Assembly: GCA_017654855.1 (NCBI GenBank)
Contig: CM030332.1
Coordinates: 5,890,001-5,954,000 of the forward strand
Direction of reading: 5' to 3'
Length of the DNA stretch: 64,000 bases
Source of the DNA: Podospora anserina
Lineage: Eukaryota
A model generated the notes under the pieces. That model saw only the letters and a program-made list of their open reading frames with translations, did not search any database and had not been told where the DNA came from. Below, piece by piece: positions 25,109-35,592 of this stretch. The number at the start of each line of letters is the position of its first letter. Position 1 is the stretch's first letter. A program made the translations under genes and the position numbers.

Positions 25109-25540
25109 ATGCATGCAAAGTTCTTCGTACTGGGCGCTTTGCCTATACTCGGCTTTGCACAAGCGTATTCTGCCATGCTTAGAGGCCGTACTGAGGGCGG
25201 TTATATTGAGCCCATAACGACGTGTGACGATATCGGTAGACAATTATGTGGAGACGGATGCGTTCCCATGGATTATACCTGCTGCCCCAGCGAAGAAGGG
25301 GCCTGTGCTCCAGGTTGGGAGTGCCAGTTGGGTGATAATAGCGAGTACGGGTGCTGTCCCGAGGGTGCGGAATGTGTGGGTGACGGCGGCGTTAGTACCA
25401 CGACCTTTTACAATACTCTCCCCACCACCCTCGCTCGGGCTCAGGTTAAAGAAGAGAATGGAATTTGGTGCGGTTCATCTTCATCACCGACATATGGGGA
25501 AACAGAGAGCGCTTCCGCCACAATTTCGATTGTTCTTTAA
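25109..25540 (+). CDS. Small secreted Cys-rich protein (cell-wall/effector-like)
   Basis: Signal-peptide-like MHAKFFVLGALPILGFAQA; CGDGCVPMDYTCCP..GAC..GWEC.LGDN..YGCCP..AEC.GDGG domain; Ser/Thr tail. Confidence 0.7.
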   Translation: MHAKFFVLGALPILGFAQAYSAMLRGRTEGGYIEPITTCDDIGRQLCGDGCVPMDYTCCPSEEGACAPGWECQLGDNSEYGCCPEGAECVGDGGVSTTTFYNTLPTTLARAQVKEENGIWCGSSSSPTYGETESASATISIVL

Positions 25541-25959
25541 AGTAGGGTTCGGGTGTGCTAGCTTGACTTTAGTTGCAATGGACCCTGGCACAAGAACGAG
25601 AATAACGATTGGTTACCACCTAGTGGGATAGCCACCTTAAGATCAGATTAATATAGTATAAAATAGAATTGTTTAAGGAGCAGTATTAGGCTACCGTAAG
25701 CCGAGTACAGAGGGAACTAACAAAAATCCGACAAAGGTATTCTCCAAACAGCATCTGTACAATAAACTTCTCCTCACTATCGAATACCGATAAACACTCC
25801 TCGTCAATCTCAACCTACCACCTTATATAAACGACCAGACAGTTTTCGCCATCCCTCTTATGACAGTTCCTACAAGCCCTAAACGTTCCTCCAACGCACC
25901 CTCTCGGACCCGTCACTGCTCACTCCCTCCTGCCCGACTGCCGTCGCCGCTGTGGCAAC

Positions 25960-27026
25960 TCAGGACCCGGTTGAATACCTCCATACGTCTCTGGCGCGGA
26001 TCTCCTGGCTCCATGCCGCCGTCAGCTCGTCCAACCTACGCCGGAAGTCGTCCCTCTGCGCCCTCACAGATCTGCAGGGGATCTGTTTGGAATGGAGCTC
26101 GGGGAGCGGTACCAGCACGTTACCGTGGAAGAGGCTCCTCGTTGTACGGAGCGTCATGATGCTCCCGAGCAGCTTGCAGCATGTGGTGATGGCGTCATTG
26201 TACTTGTCCACGTCCTTGGGCTTGCCGGCCTTTGTTGCAGAGTCGATAGTCTGTGCGGCCCTGCAGAACGCGTCCACCCCGCCGCCGGGCGGTATGATGA
26301 GCGACAGTACCGAGCTCAGGCTCCGCTGCAGCGACACGGAGATCGGCGTCGCGCTTAACGCCGCGAGCTTGAAGCTATGGCCGGGAGCGGCCTGGCTCCG
26401 GATCTGCTGCAGTGTTTTGTACACGACGGTCGCCTTGTCCTTGACGGTGTGAAACTCGTCCAGGATGACAAACCTCGGCGCCACTGCCCACCGAGCAATG
26501 TACCGCTTAGCCGCCCTTCTCTGCTGCTGCTGCAAGTCGTAGGCCTGGGCAAAGCCTGAGCGGTAGTCCTCCCCTTTTGCCAAGAGCGAGAGGGGCTGCT
26601 GCTGACGACCAGGAGCCGGTGCTTGCAGAAGAGCTGTTGCACCTGGCCCGCCGTGTATCCCATCTGGGACCCCGAGCCCTGCACAAATGCAGGCACTGCC
26701 TGCAGGTCCCCCTTCTTTGGTGCCATGTAGATTGGTTGGTCCCCGATAAAGCCCGTCAGGATGTCATCTCGGATGTCGTGTGCGAGGGTAGAGTTAGCGC
26801 TCACGTCAATCGTGTCCACAAATGGGATGCAAGTGTCCGATCCCGGCCGCTGGACCTGCTTCTCTAGGTAGTTGGTAGCCTCCCCGGCGAACTGGCTGGT
26901 GATGCCGGCCGGGGTGAGGATGAGCGACGGGCCGGGTCCCAGCTCGAGGGCAATTTTGGAACTGAGTGAGCCGGCTACGCAGCAGCACTCAATGCTCCAC
27001 GGGTTGCCCGATGGGCAAGGTCCCAA
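25960..27026 (-). pseudogene. SF2 (SNF2-like) helicase N-terminal fragment, frameshifted
   Basis: Motif Ia-like GPSLILTP, motif II VILDEFH and motif III LSATP across two frames (shift at ~26585). No Walker A or HelicC seen. GC-rich. Confidence 0.65.
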
Positions 27027-27487
27027 CCTCGCACAACGGTGAAAAGAAACATGAAACCCACCCCCCCTGCCCTACTATAGGGGTGTGCTTTCGTATTGTT
27101 ATGTTAGCGCTGTCACTTGAAAGGGGGTCTCAGGTTGCGGAATTACTTAGGGGTCGTCCATCTCTCATTTCTATTTTTGCGGACGGTTATGGTGGTATTA
27201 CCATTGTCTCTAAAGACTGCAATGTATCAATATTTCCTTCAAAGCTATTCTCCTATTTCTCATTTATGTACTTAATCCCAACCTGTACACCTAGCAAATC
27301 ATCCGGAAGTTCATTGATTCATACAACCAGTTTCCCTCTTCTATCTTCAATATCCCCTCGCCGTAGACAACGATTGCTCCAGAAGACATCGGTATGTAGA
27401 TAGCTACTATCTTTTCACTCCTTTCATCGCTGGATTCGAGAATGCCGATCGATCATCAAGTGGATCGTTTGAGCGTAAGTAGGTTGA

Positions 27488-29950
27488 TATAAGTGATAGC
27501 CAATCGGATGCAAAGAACTCCACTTTAAAATCCTTATTATAAGCCTTTTGTAAAAGCCCTTGTTGGAAAGCTCAACTAAGAAATCCCTGTTCAGGAGCTC
27601 CACTGTAAAAACCCCCCTGTTTATCTCAAATGGACGACCCTAAAGGTGGATGGGGGCTGGCTGGAGTGCTCACCTCGGCCTGGCTCACGGACTGCAGGGA
27701 GCTCCGGACCAATCAGTCGGAGGCCAATCACAGGTGGATGCACCCCCCAAGACACAACACACAGCACACGACACACGGCACACAGGCACACGGCTACAAT
27801 ATTGGTGCGCCCCGGGCGTGTAGGCTTGATCGGCCCGCAATGGCTTCCGGTTGCCGGATGGGGGAGCCGACCGGCTTAATCAGCACCTAAAGTGCTCGCC
27901 CGTGATTCTCAGGTTGATCCGTACATGGGGAGATCATTCCACGATACAGACAACGTTTGCCAATTCGCGATGTATAGCCGCAGGTGCCTAGCCAGTTTCG
28001 GTTGCTCGATGGGAGAGCGGGCTGGAGTGCTCACGGTGTTCTAGTGTCAATGGTTTTGTTGATAACAATGGCTCAATGTATTCTGTATACGTCAGGGAGG
28101 AAATATACAGGTGGGAGGTTCTTTCTATAATACCATCCGGCCCATCGAAATCAACAACCGCAGCAACGTAGTCACGTTCGTCCGTATCGATACACAGCTC
28201 TCCTAGCAATAACAAATCAGTACAGAATGGTATTGTTTGGGAAATAAAAAGCAAAACCTACCCTTCCCAGTATACTTCCTAACCTCTTTCAAGATCTCAC
28301 CATCGCTCTCCAGTCACACACTGGTTAAGCCTTTATGAGGGACGTAGTTGTTGCTGTCGCTTATAGGTGCGAGGGTGGAGCCGATTTGACTTAAATCTGC
28401 GGGAGTTTTTAGTGGATTACGTGAATGTAGCGTTCCCCCCGTCATCTGCCCCTTGGACTTGAGTTCCTAGTATACTTTCCAGCCACCAAGTTCACTAGCC
28501 ACAATTATGCAGGTGAAGCAGTGAGATAAATGTTGATACTCTACCGGAACCACAAATGGAATGACGACGGTAAGTAAAATCGCGGCCGCCTGCACTCCTA
28601 TCTATGAATAATACTTTGGAGTTATCGCAGCCCGTGCTATGCCCCGCAACGTTATAGTGGCGGAAAGGAAGTGGCAGAGATAGAAGGGAAGAGCCGCGAG
28701 CCAGGCGAACTCAATTGTCATTCCCTCAAGAATCTTCCAGCTCCCGAGACCCAACAGGACAGCTTCAGCCGTCACGATCAGGCCAAGGATAATGTTGCCG
28801 TTTAGTTTATCTTCGACGGAACGAGCTTTAAAAACTAGGCTGGTAACTCTCGACCCTATTATCAGCTAAATAAAGGTTAACGGAGGTTTAACAAATCGAA
28901 AGGCGGAGGAGTACCTGGACAATGAGGTTGGGTAGAAAGATTGCAATTTACCAGCCCAAGAGCAAACCGCGTTCAAGTTCATAGCAAAGGGGGCCATGTT
29001 TGGCAAAGGCAAAAATAACAGCGAGCACAAGCCCTGCGCCTAGGAAGACGCTGAGTGTAGCGAGCCAGATATGCTTTCTTGTTCTCCACAACTGCAGGTC
29101 GTACCGATAAGCAGTTCCGATGTATAAACCATGGCAGGTCCAGGTTACGATAAATGCGGCGATGGCCCCATGAAGCTGGGCATCAGTGACAAGGGACTGC
29201 ATCTTTGCAGCTAGGAGAGAGGGGCAATAAATACGGCAATAGGTGCAAAAGGCAATAACTAAGGCAAAAAATAAGGTAACCGAGGTGGCTTGCAGAAATT
29301 GAAAGTGCACTTTTCAGGGAGACAGCATGGTGCGCATCCTAGGCTTATATCCTTGGTGTCGTTGTGTGGACTGGGCAGGCGGATGGACGGATCACCCAGC
29401 AGCACCGCCCCCTGCTCAATCAAAAGCAGCTGGCTCACCCGATATTAATAAGACTTAAGAAAACAGGGAACTTTTCATGGTTGAATTAGAATCGAATCGC
29501 AGTCTCAGATCGTACTCCAACGCTAAAGCGGGGAGGGGTGCCCAGGAGCACCGGAGCGTGGGGGGCAAGGGCATTTTCACTCGGTCGATAGGTAAGCAGG
29601 GGGTGAGAGCAAGGAGTTAAAATCACTAGCCAGCTCGGAAGCTTCCCCAGATCGCGGGCTTAGTAAATGTTCTGTTGATGTTGCATAGAAGGCGGAGGGA
29701 GGGGAGAGGGAGGGGGGTGTGAAAATAGAACGACCGCAGAGGATCAACTCGTCATTTGCCTTCCAAGATTTGTCACGAACATCTCTTGATTCGAAATATT
29801 CGAGAGAAGAGCAGATATGACTTGATTTTAAGCTACATCTTCGCCAGGATCTAGCCGGAAATATTCAATCTGCTTCTCAAAATTTGCCTTCAACATACGC
29901 CGGAGCGCCTCAAGATCTCTCAGCTTATAGGTATGCTGTGGGTGGAACAA
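27488..29950 (-). repeat. Copy B of ~2.46-kb inverted segmental duplication
   Basis: See 209-2671. Confidence 0.97.
28314..29310 (-). pseudogene. Putative membrane protein gene, copy B, with its own RIP-type stops
   Basis: TGG TAA at 28948 (TGG CAA in copy A) and TAC TAG at ~28468 (TAC CAG in copy A). Confidence 0.5.
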
Positions 29951-30198
29951 TGCCCGAATATTAGTAAACAGGAGGATGGCTTTCGAGCCACAACCAACAA
30001 CAACAACCACCACAACGAGAGGGAGTGAAATATCTGGGGCTGGAGAAGTTCTTATTGGTATTGCTGGATGTTTCCGTTGTTCTCGCCTAATCGCAACCTG
30101 CCTTGAAACGAAATAGGAAGGTGGGGTAGTTCTGAAGCCCGCCTGTTCCCTCTGAGCGAGTCTGAGCGACGAAAGTCTGGAGGGAGAGAAGAGAAGCC

Positions 30199-31613
30199 TT
30201 ATTCCCCATCATCTTTCTCTCCTTCTACGCTACCCGGTCTATATGGCTTCCTTCCGTAGACAGTAATTAAAGGGAAATATGCGTGAACATCCGGCGAGTT
30301 AAATTCTTCACGGACAAGAGCGCATGTGACAATGACTGCTTCGGGGCCCCAACCCAGGCCGTGCGTAAAGAGAGCCATAGAAATCGTCTCAAGCTCCTTA
30401 CCAAGGGCGAGTGAACTGATTTTCCCGATTTCCTTCAGTGTCTCGTCATTCGGCCAGGAGTTGATGGGCAACCTTTTAACAACCACATGGATATCCACAA
30501 AGCCCGCTTTGCTAAGCATCTCCTGATACTCAGAAGCGTCTCCAATAAGAGGGCGGCCCATCCCCCTGGCCGCGCTAGCAAGATGGTTCGCCCAGTTGCA
30601 GAGTGAAGAATCGGAAACAAGTGTTCCATCATCGGACTTTGGGGTGTAGAGTATGTCGGTAGCCTCGAAATAACCGCCTGGTGTAAGCTGCCTACCATAC
30701 AAGTTCCATTAGCATTTATATTAACCTTGGAATTCTAAAGTAACATACTCATACGCGCTGCTTACGACATGTCTCGGGTTCTTAAAGCACCCAGACAATA
30801 GCCGAGCATGTATAAAGTCGAAACGAACTCTCCATGTCCAATCCTTTTCAATGTCATCAAGTTGGAACTCACAGTTCGTAGGCACGAAAGTTGGCTGAAA
30901 GCGGTGCATATCAACACCAATGACGGTTGCCTCCTCGTACATGTCAGCAAACTCCATCGCCCATGTACCATCACCGGTACCAAGGTCGAGAACATTGCGA
31001 TACTCCTCCTTGGGACAGAGCGCTATTCGATTATCATGTGCTAACCAGCACAGCATATGTAGAGCCTTCATACGTTCCTTCTCCTGATCGTCATGAGGCC
31101 ACGGATATCTATCTGGGTCGTAGTACGTGCGGGAATTTTCCTTGACGGTGGTGTCGATGCCGTCTAGAGTCACTAAATCGTCCTCGATCTGTTCTCTGCT
31201 GTTAGTAGTGCAGTCGATTAGGGGAAGAGAATACTTACAGACGAGCCAATAGCGGAGTCTGACTCGTATGCACTGCCGTTAAACTCATCGTCGCCGTTCC
31301 TCAACTGCTCGTAAGTCTGGTGATTGTCAACGGGCGTTGCTAGCATGGCCGAATTCGGCACACCCGCTGGAAAGTCTTCGGACTGGTCGCTACCACCACG
31401 CGGCGCGCTCGCAGGCGCTGCTCCTGATTTGGCCGCCACTGGCTCCGGAAAAGAAGGTTTAACAAGTTGCTGGCCGCCGGCGGGCGACGTGCTTGTTGGC
31501 GTGCCAGCAGTAGGCTCAACAGGAGGCTGATGTATCTGACGTCGCTTGGGCGGATTCTCTTCATTTTTTGGAACTGATAGATGACGCTTATGTTTCTGGT
31601 TTGGAAATGCCAT
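30199..31613 (-). CDS. LaeA-like class I SAM-dependent methyltransferase, 3 exons
   Basis: Motifs YPWPHDDQEKER, VLDLGTGDGTWAMEFADMY..ATVIGVD, FQLDDIEKDWTW..FDFIHAR, LTPGGYFE, SDDGT. Introns GTAAGT(31238)..~31197 and GTATGT(30748)..TAG(~30692). Confidence 0.92.
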
Positions 31614-32020
31614 TATGTTTGACGGTGTTATGGTCGGAATTATTTTAGAGGGAAGACGCTGTTGGCTTGACGGAGGAAAGGAGCAAGGAAGAGGTAGAAT
31701 GATAATCTAACAAATTCTTTGGTCATTCCCTTTCTACAATTTTAGCTAAGAGAAGTAATAAGTAACCAACGTTCCTTCGATAAATTTTGTGCCGTAGTAG
31801 CGATGCTTAGGCGTGGTGTTGAAGCAGCATTTAAAATGACCCAGTAGAGACGTCCACCATAATAGCTTACACGATTTTAGTTTAATCGGTTATGCGGGAC
31901 AAAAGCTGCACGCAGATTGCAGAACCCAATACGGCCAAGCTTGAATCGGAGGGTATCCTGGTCTGATTAGTGGTGAATTTGGAGTTTGGATGGTGTTTTG
32001 TGGAGATGGCGGAGAAACTG

Positions 32021-32130
32021 TCACCACGCCAGTAACCCCGATTTTCACCCACCCTGTCAGAGGCCTCGATTATTACTCACCGCGTTAGCGACCCGATTTT
32101 CTCCCACCTCGCCAGTGGTCTCGACTTTCC
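32021..32130. repeat. Degenerate ~28-bp tandem array (CGATTTTCACCCACCTCGCCAGTGGCCT-like)
   Basis: About 4 units; the same unit occurs at 62133-62260. Confidence 0.7.
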
Positions 32131-32226
32131 CCTGGTAGGATATTGAAACGATCGACGGGGGGCCGGCGGCAGTGGGTGTTAAATCGCTAATTATACCCAA
32201 TGCGGGGTCTGCCGCGTACGCGGTCG

Positions 32227-32598
32227 TGTGACGAACCCCTATCCAGAACCTCTGAAAGGGATACTGGTCGAAGGCACTTCTGAATAATCGTGGCTCGGTG
32301 CAGCTAAACAGTGCACAACAAGATGTCTCAATGTAAACACTAGATACCGTGAATACAAGCTTGAATTGCATACTGCGGAACTGTCTATCTACACCAGCCA
32401 GTTCCTCCGTATATATAGACCTAATTATCACCATTATCACCAGTGATAATGTCGATTATCACCCATTATCACCGAGGGCTGGTGATAATCGTGATTATCA
32501 CCCAGCGCCAGTGATAATCCAACCTTCCCCACTTTTCCGTTCCTTAGTGATTGGACGGGCCGCGCCCCGCGCGCCCCACTTATGTCAGGTTCGTGACA
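32227..32598 (-). repeat. 3' LTR
   Basis: Appears identical to 37276-37647; TG..CA termini with short terminal inverted repeats. Confidence 0.97.
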
Positions 32599-32603
32599 TG
32601 ATG

Positions 32604-32613
32604 CCCCTCCTCC
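32604..32613 (-). other. Polypurine tract (GGAGGAGGGG)
   Basis: Purine run 5 nt upstream of the 3' LTR on the minus strand. Confidence 0.8.
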
Positions 32614-32720
32614 AGGCCAACGTCCCGTTGGCTTGGTTATCGACTGTATACGCTCTTCTCGTCTCCCTTTTTCCCTTCGTAGGTCTTCCACCTTTATCCT
32701 TCAATGGCCCGGCTAACGCC

Positions 32721-33410
32721 ATGTCTATAGTAAAGCCTCCCTCGTCGTCTGCACAGTACCGTGCTAAACTGGCTCAGAATATTGCTGAGAACGGCTTCCT
32801 CGTTATGCCTTGCTCGTGGTGTGACTCGCAGGGGTTGACCTGCCGTATGATGGATAAGGTGAAGCGTTGTGAAGCTTGCGTACGTCGTGGTCGTTCGTGT
32901 GATGGCTCCGGCGTCCCCATCTCATCGTGTGAGTCTCTCGTCACCTCTTCTTCTTCTTTGCTGATCTTCTTTTAGTGGATAAGATCATGCGAGAGCAACG
33001 TCGTCTGCAAGAGGAAGAAAAAACGTGCCGAGACTCTTCTAGTCGAGTACCAATAGAAGGCTTCTGAGGCTTTGGCTCGTCTATCACGGGTCCGTCGCCA
33101 ACGCGAATTTCTTGTGGATAAGGGAGCCGTTATGGTCGCCCGTGGCCTCTCCTCTCTTGACGAGCTGGAGGCTGCCGAACGTACCGAGCAGGAGAGAGCT
33201 GCGCAGGCCGCGCAGGCTATCCCGTCGTCTAGCGACGCCTCTCCTCCTGATTCTGCTCCTCCGGGTCCTTCTGACTTCTCCTTCCTGGATCCTTCCTCAG
33301 GTTTCGACTGGCCACCTGCCCTTTCCCTGGATCCGGGCACGGCCGGTCCTTCCTTCCTGACCGCGCAGGATACTGCTAGTGGCGCGCCTTCCACTTCCCA
33401 AGGTGGTTGA
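32721..33410 (+). pseudogene. Antisense accessory ORF of the retrotransposon: Zn-cluster-like Cys motif + coiled coil, one intron; frameshift and stop in this copy
   Basis: MPCSWCDSQGLTC...RCEACVRRGRSCD; intron GTGAGT(32929)..TAG(32975). An extra A in the A-run at ~33020 and CAA TAG at ~33054 interrupt EEEKRAETLLVEYQ*KASEALARLSRVRRQ. Confidence 0.75.
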
Positions 33411-33452
33411 GACGCGTGGCAGTCTTTGTATTTGGGTCCCTTCACACCTTCC

Positions 33453-33578
33453 AACCTCGTAGTGTAGTGCGTAGCACGTCGGCTTCTTCTGTCGAAGGCG
33501 CGGGTTCGATTCCCGCCGGGGTTCTTCCGTGTCCAAGTTCATGGACACAGTCCTTGAACTTGGGCATGGTTTTTTTTT
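33453..33578 (+). ncRNA. Predicted Pol III unit A: tRNA-like cloverleaf (33453-33524) + 20-bp hairpin (33527-33569) + T9 terminator
   Basis: Stems AACCTCG/CGGGGTT, GTGT/GCAC, TCGGC/GTCGA and GCGGG/CCCGC; T-loop TTCGATT (B-box GGTTCGATTCC); hairpin CCGTGTCCAAGTTCA-T-GGAC/ACA/GTCC-T-TGAACTTGGGCATGG. Expression is not shown. Confidence 0.75.
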
Positions 33579-33640
33579 GTTTTGGCCGCCCCGTCGTGGT
33601 GTGCCCTCGACCTTCCCTACGGTGGTGGAAGCGTGTGGTG

Positions 33641-35592
33641 TTAGTTGGGCCTGGATTCCCTCGTACCTGCCAACCTTGTGGTGTAGCGTGCAGCACGTCG
33701 ACTACCACGTCGGAGGCGTAGGTTCGATTCCTGCTGAGGTTCTCCTGGCTCTGTCTCATAGCCGTCTGGCTGTGGGCCAGGGCCAGATCTTTTTACTTGC
33801 TTGGGTTTTGGCCGGTCCGGGTATCGTTGATGGAATTCCTTTTGCTTGTCTGGGCAGTTGAGGTGTGCCTGTGGTTCCCACGAGTTATCTGTAGCCGGAT
33901 ATCCTAACCAACTGACCAAATACTCCAATTGGCCTCTGTTGAACCGTGAATCCAGTATCTCTTCCACTTCGTACTCTTCTTCTTCGTCTTCCGCTGCTTC
34001 CTGCATATTGGCCTTGCTTGCCGGTGGTGCGGGCTCCAGAAGTGAGATGTGGAAAGTGTGTGACCGTAGACGCATCGTACTGGGTAGCTCCAGTTCGAAT
34101 GCCGTCTCCGATATCTTTCTTTTGACCTTGAACGGGCCCACTCTCCTGTGGTCCAGCTTCTTACTAGGTCTTTTGGTGCGTAAATTGCGTGTGGAAAGGA
34201 ATACCATGTCCCCCCCCTTAAGGCGAGGTCCCTCGAGCCTTTTGGTGTTATAGTATTTCCGCATCCTTTCCCTCACAAACTCCAGTTCTTGCTTGAGCTT
34301 GCCGTGGAGCATGTGCATCTTGTCTGCCTTGACCCCAGCCCTGGGCACCTCAACGTCTGGTCCCAGCCGTAGGTCTGCCTCATATCCAAAATTTGCGAAG
34401 AACGGTGTGGCTTTGGTCGTCTCTGTTGGCGATGTGTTGTATGCCAACTGTGCCGTAGGCAGCAGTTCAACCCAATCGTCCTGCTCGAAATTGATGTAAT
34501 TCCGTAGGTATTGTTCCACGATCTGGTTGAGCCGTTCCGTCTGACCGTCTGTCTGAGGGTGGTAGGCCGATGACGCCTTACTCACTACCCCTAGCCTCGT
34601 CATCAACGCTCTCCAAAACTTCGATACGAATTTGGTGTCGCGGTCCGTGATAAACTCTCTTGGCCATGTGTGTGTTGCTGTGACATGCCGTAGTACCACA
34701 TCCGCCAATTGCTCTGCCGACCAGGTCTCCTTATAAGGCAAGAAGTATGCCCACTTCGTGAGCCTGTCGACTACCGTCAATATACTGTCGTACTTGACGC
34801 CGGTTGCCGTGTCCTTAGACTCTGGTAGTTTGGTGATGAAGTCCATCGTGACTGAACTCCATGGCCGTTCTGCTACTGGTAGTGGCTCCAGAAATCCATA
34901 AGGCTTGTGCCTCGCAACCCTCGTTCTCTCGCACGTGTGGCATGACTGGATGGCTTCCTTGACGTCGTCCTTGATCCTTGGCCAGTCAAAGTGCTGCTTG
35001 ATCTTTTCCATGGTCTTTGCGATACCCATGTGTCCTCCGAGCTTTGACCTGTGAATCTCCGTCACCAGTGTCTTCCTGTCACCTGGCTTCACGTACGCTC
35101 GATTCTTATACCACAGTCTTCCCTGACTGTCTTTCCGGATGCCTTGTGGCTCCAGCTCTTCCTGCCAGTATTGCTCTGTGATATCGCTGCCCAACTTCCC
35201 TTGGTACTTGCTGGAAGTGGCCCTCTCGCGATACACTGCGCAACACTCCATCCACAGCTGCAGTAGATGTTTGAGAGTGCCATCTGGCGCCTCCTCAAGT
35301 AGTGGTGGTGACTCCCTGGGTGCATCCTTGTGGTGGTCGGCTCGCCGGCTAAGTGCGTCTGCCCTGGCGTTCTCCGAACCCTTCTTGTAGTTGATCTGGA
35401 AATTAAATTCCGAGAGAAACTCTGACCATCGTGTCTGCCGCGCGTTGAGGACCTTCGTGGTGGTAAAGTACCGCAGGTTCTTGTGGTCCGTATAGACCTG
35501 CACTTCGTACTTGGTGCCACTGAGGTATGGCCTCCACTCCTCGAACGCTTCGATGATGGCGAGTAGCTCCTTATCGTGGATTGGGTAGTTCT
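33641..35592 (-). CDS. pol: Truncated pol: RNase H C-terminal part, integrase (HHCC + DDE), chromodomain
   Basis: QNYPIHDKELLAIIEAFEEWRPYL, H...GGHMG...CHTC, VTMDFIT, ITDRDTKF, YHPQTDGQTER, EEYEVEEILDSR...YLVSWLGYP..NSWEP. Confidence 0.93.
33672..33794 (+). ncRNA. Predicted Pol III unit B: tRNA-like cloverleaf (33672-33742) + 19-bp hairpin (33745-33786) + T5 terminator
   Basis: Stems AACCTTG/TGAGGTT, GTGT/GCAC, TCGAC/GTCGG and GTAGG/CCTGC; T-loop TTCGATT; hairpin CTGGCTCTG-T-CTCATAGCC/GTCT/GGCTGTGGG-C-CAGGGCCAG; TTTTT at 33790-33794. Confidence 0.72.

Noticed and set aside
200-29960. Giant TIR transposon bounded by the 2.46-kb inverted repeats
   Set aside because: No convincing TSD (CGCTCGGAG vs TGCCCGAAT), no intact transposase inside, and further partial copies exist elsewhere
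32057-32440. ORFs MIMVIIRSIYTEELAG... (also at 37205 and 49879)
   Set aside because: Chance frames within LTR sequence
33453-33742. Calling the two cloverleaves ordinary tRNA genes (e.g. Lys-CTT)
   Set aside because: Pyrimidine at position 37 in A, a 6-nt anticodon loop in B, and no D-loop GG; reported as tRNA-like ncRNA instead
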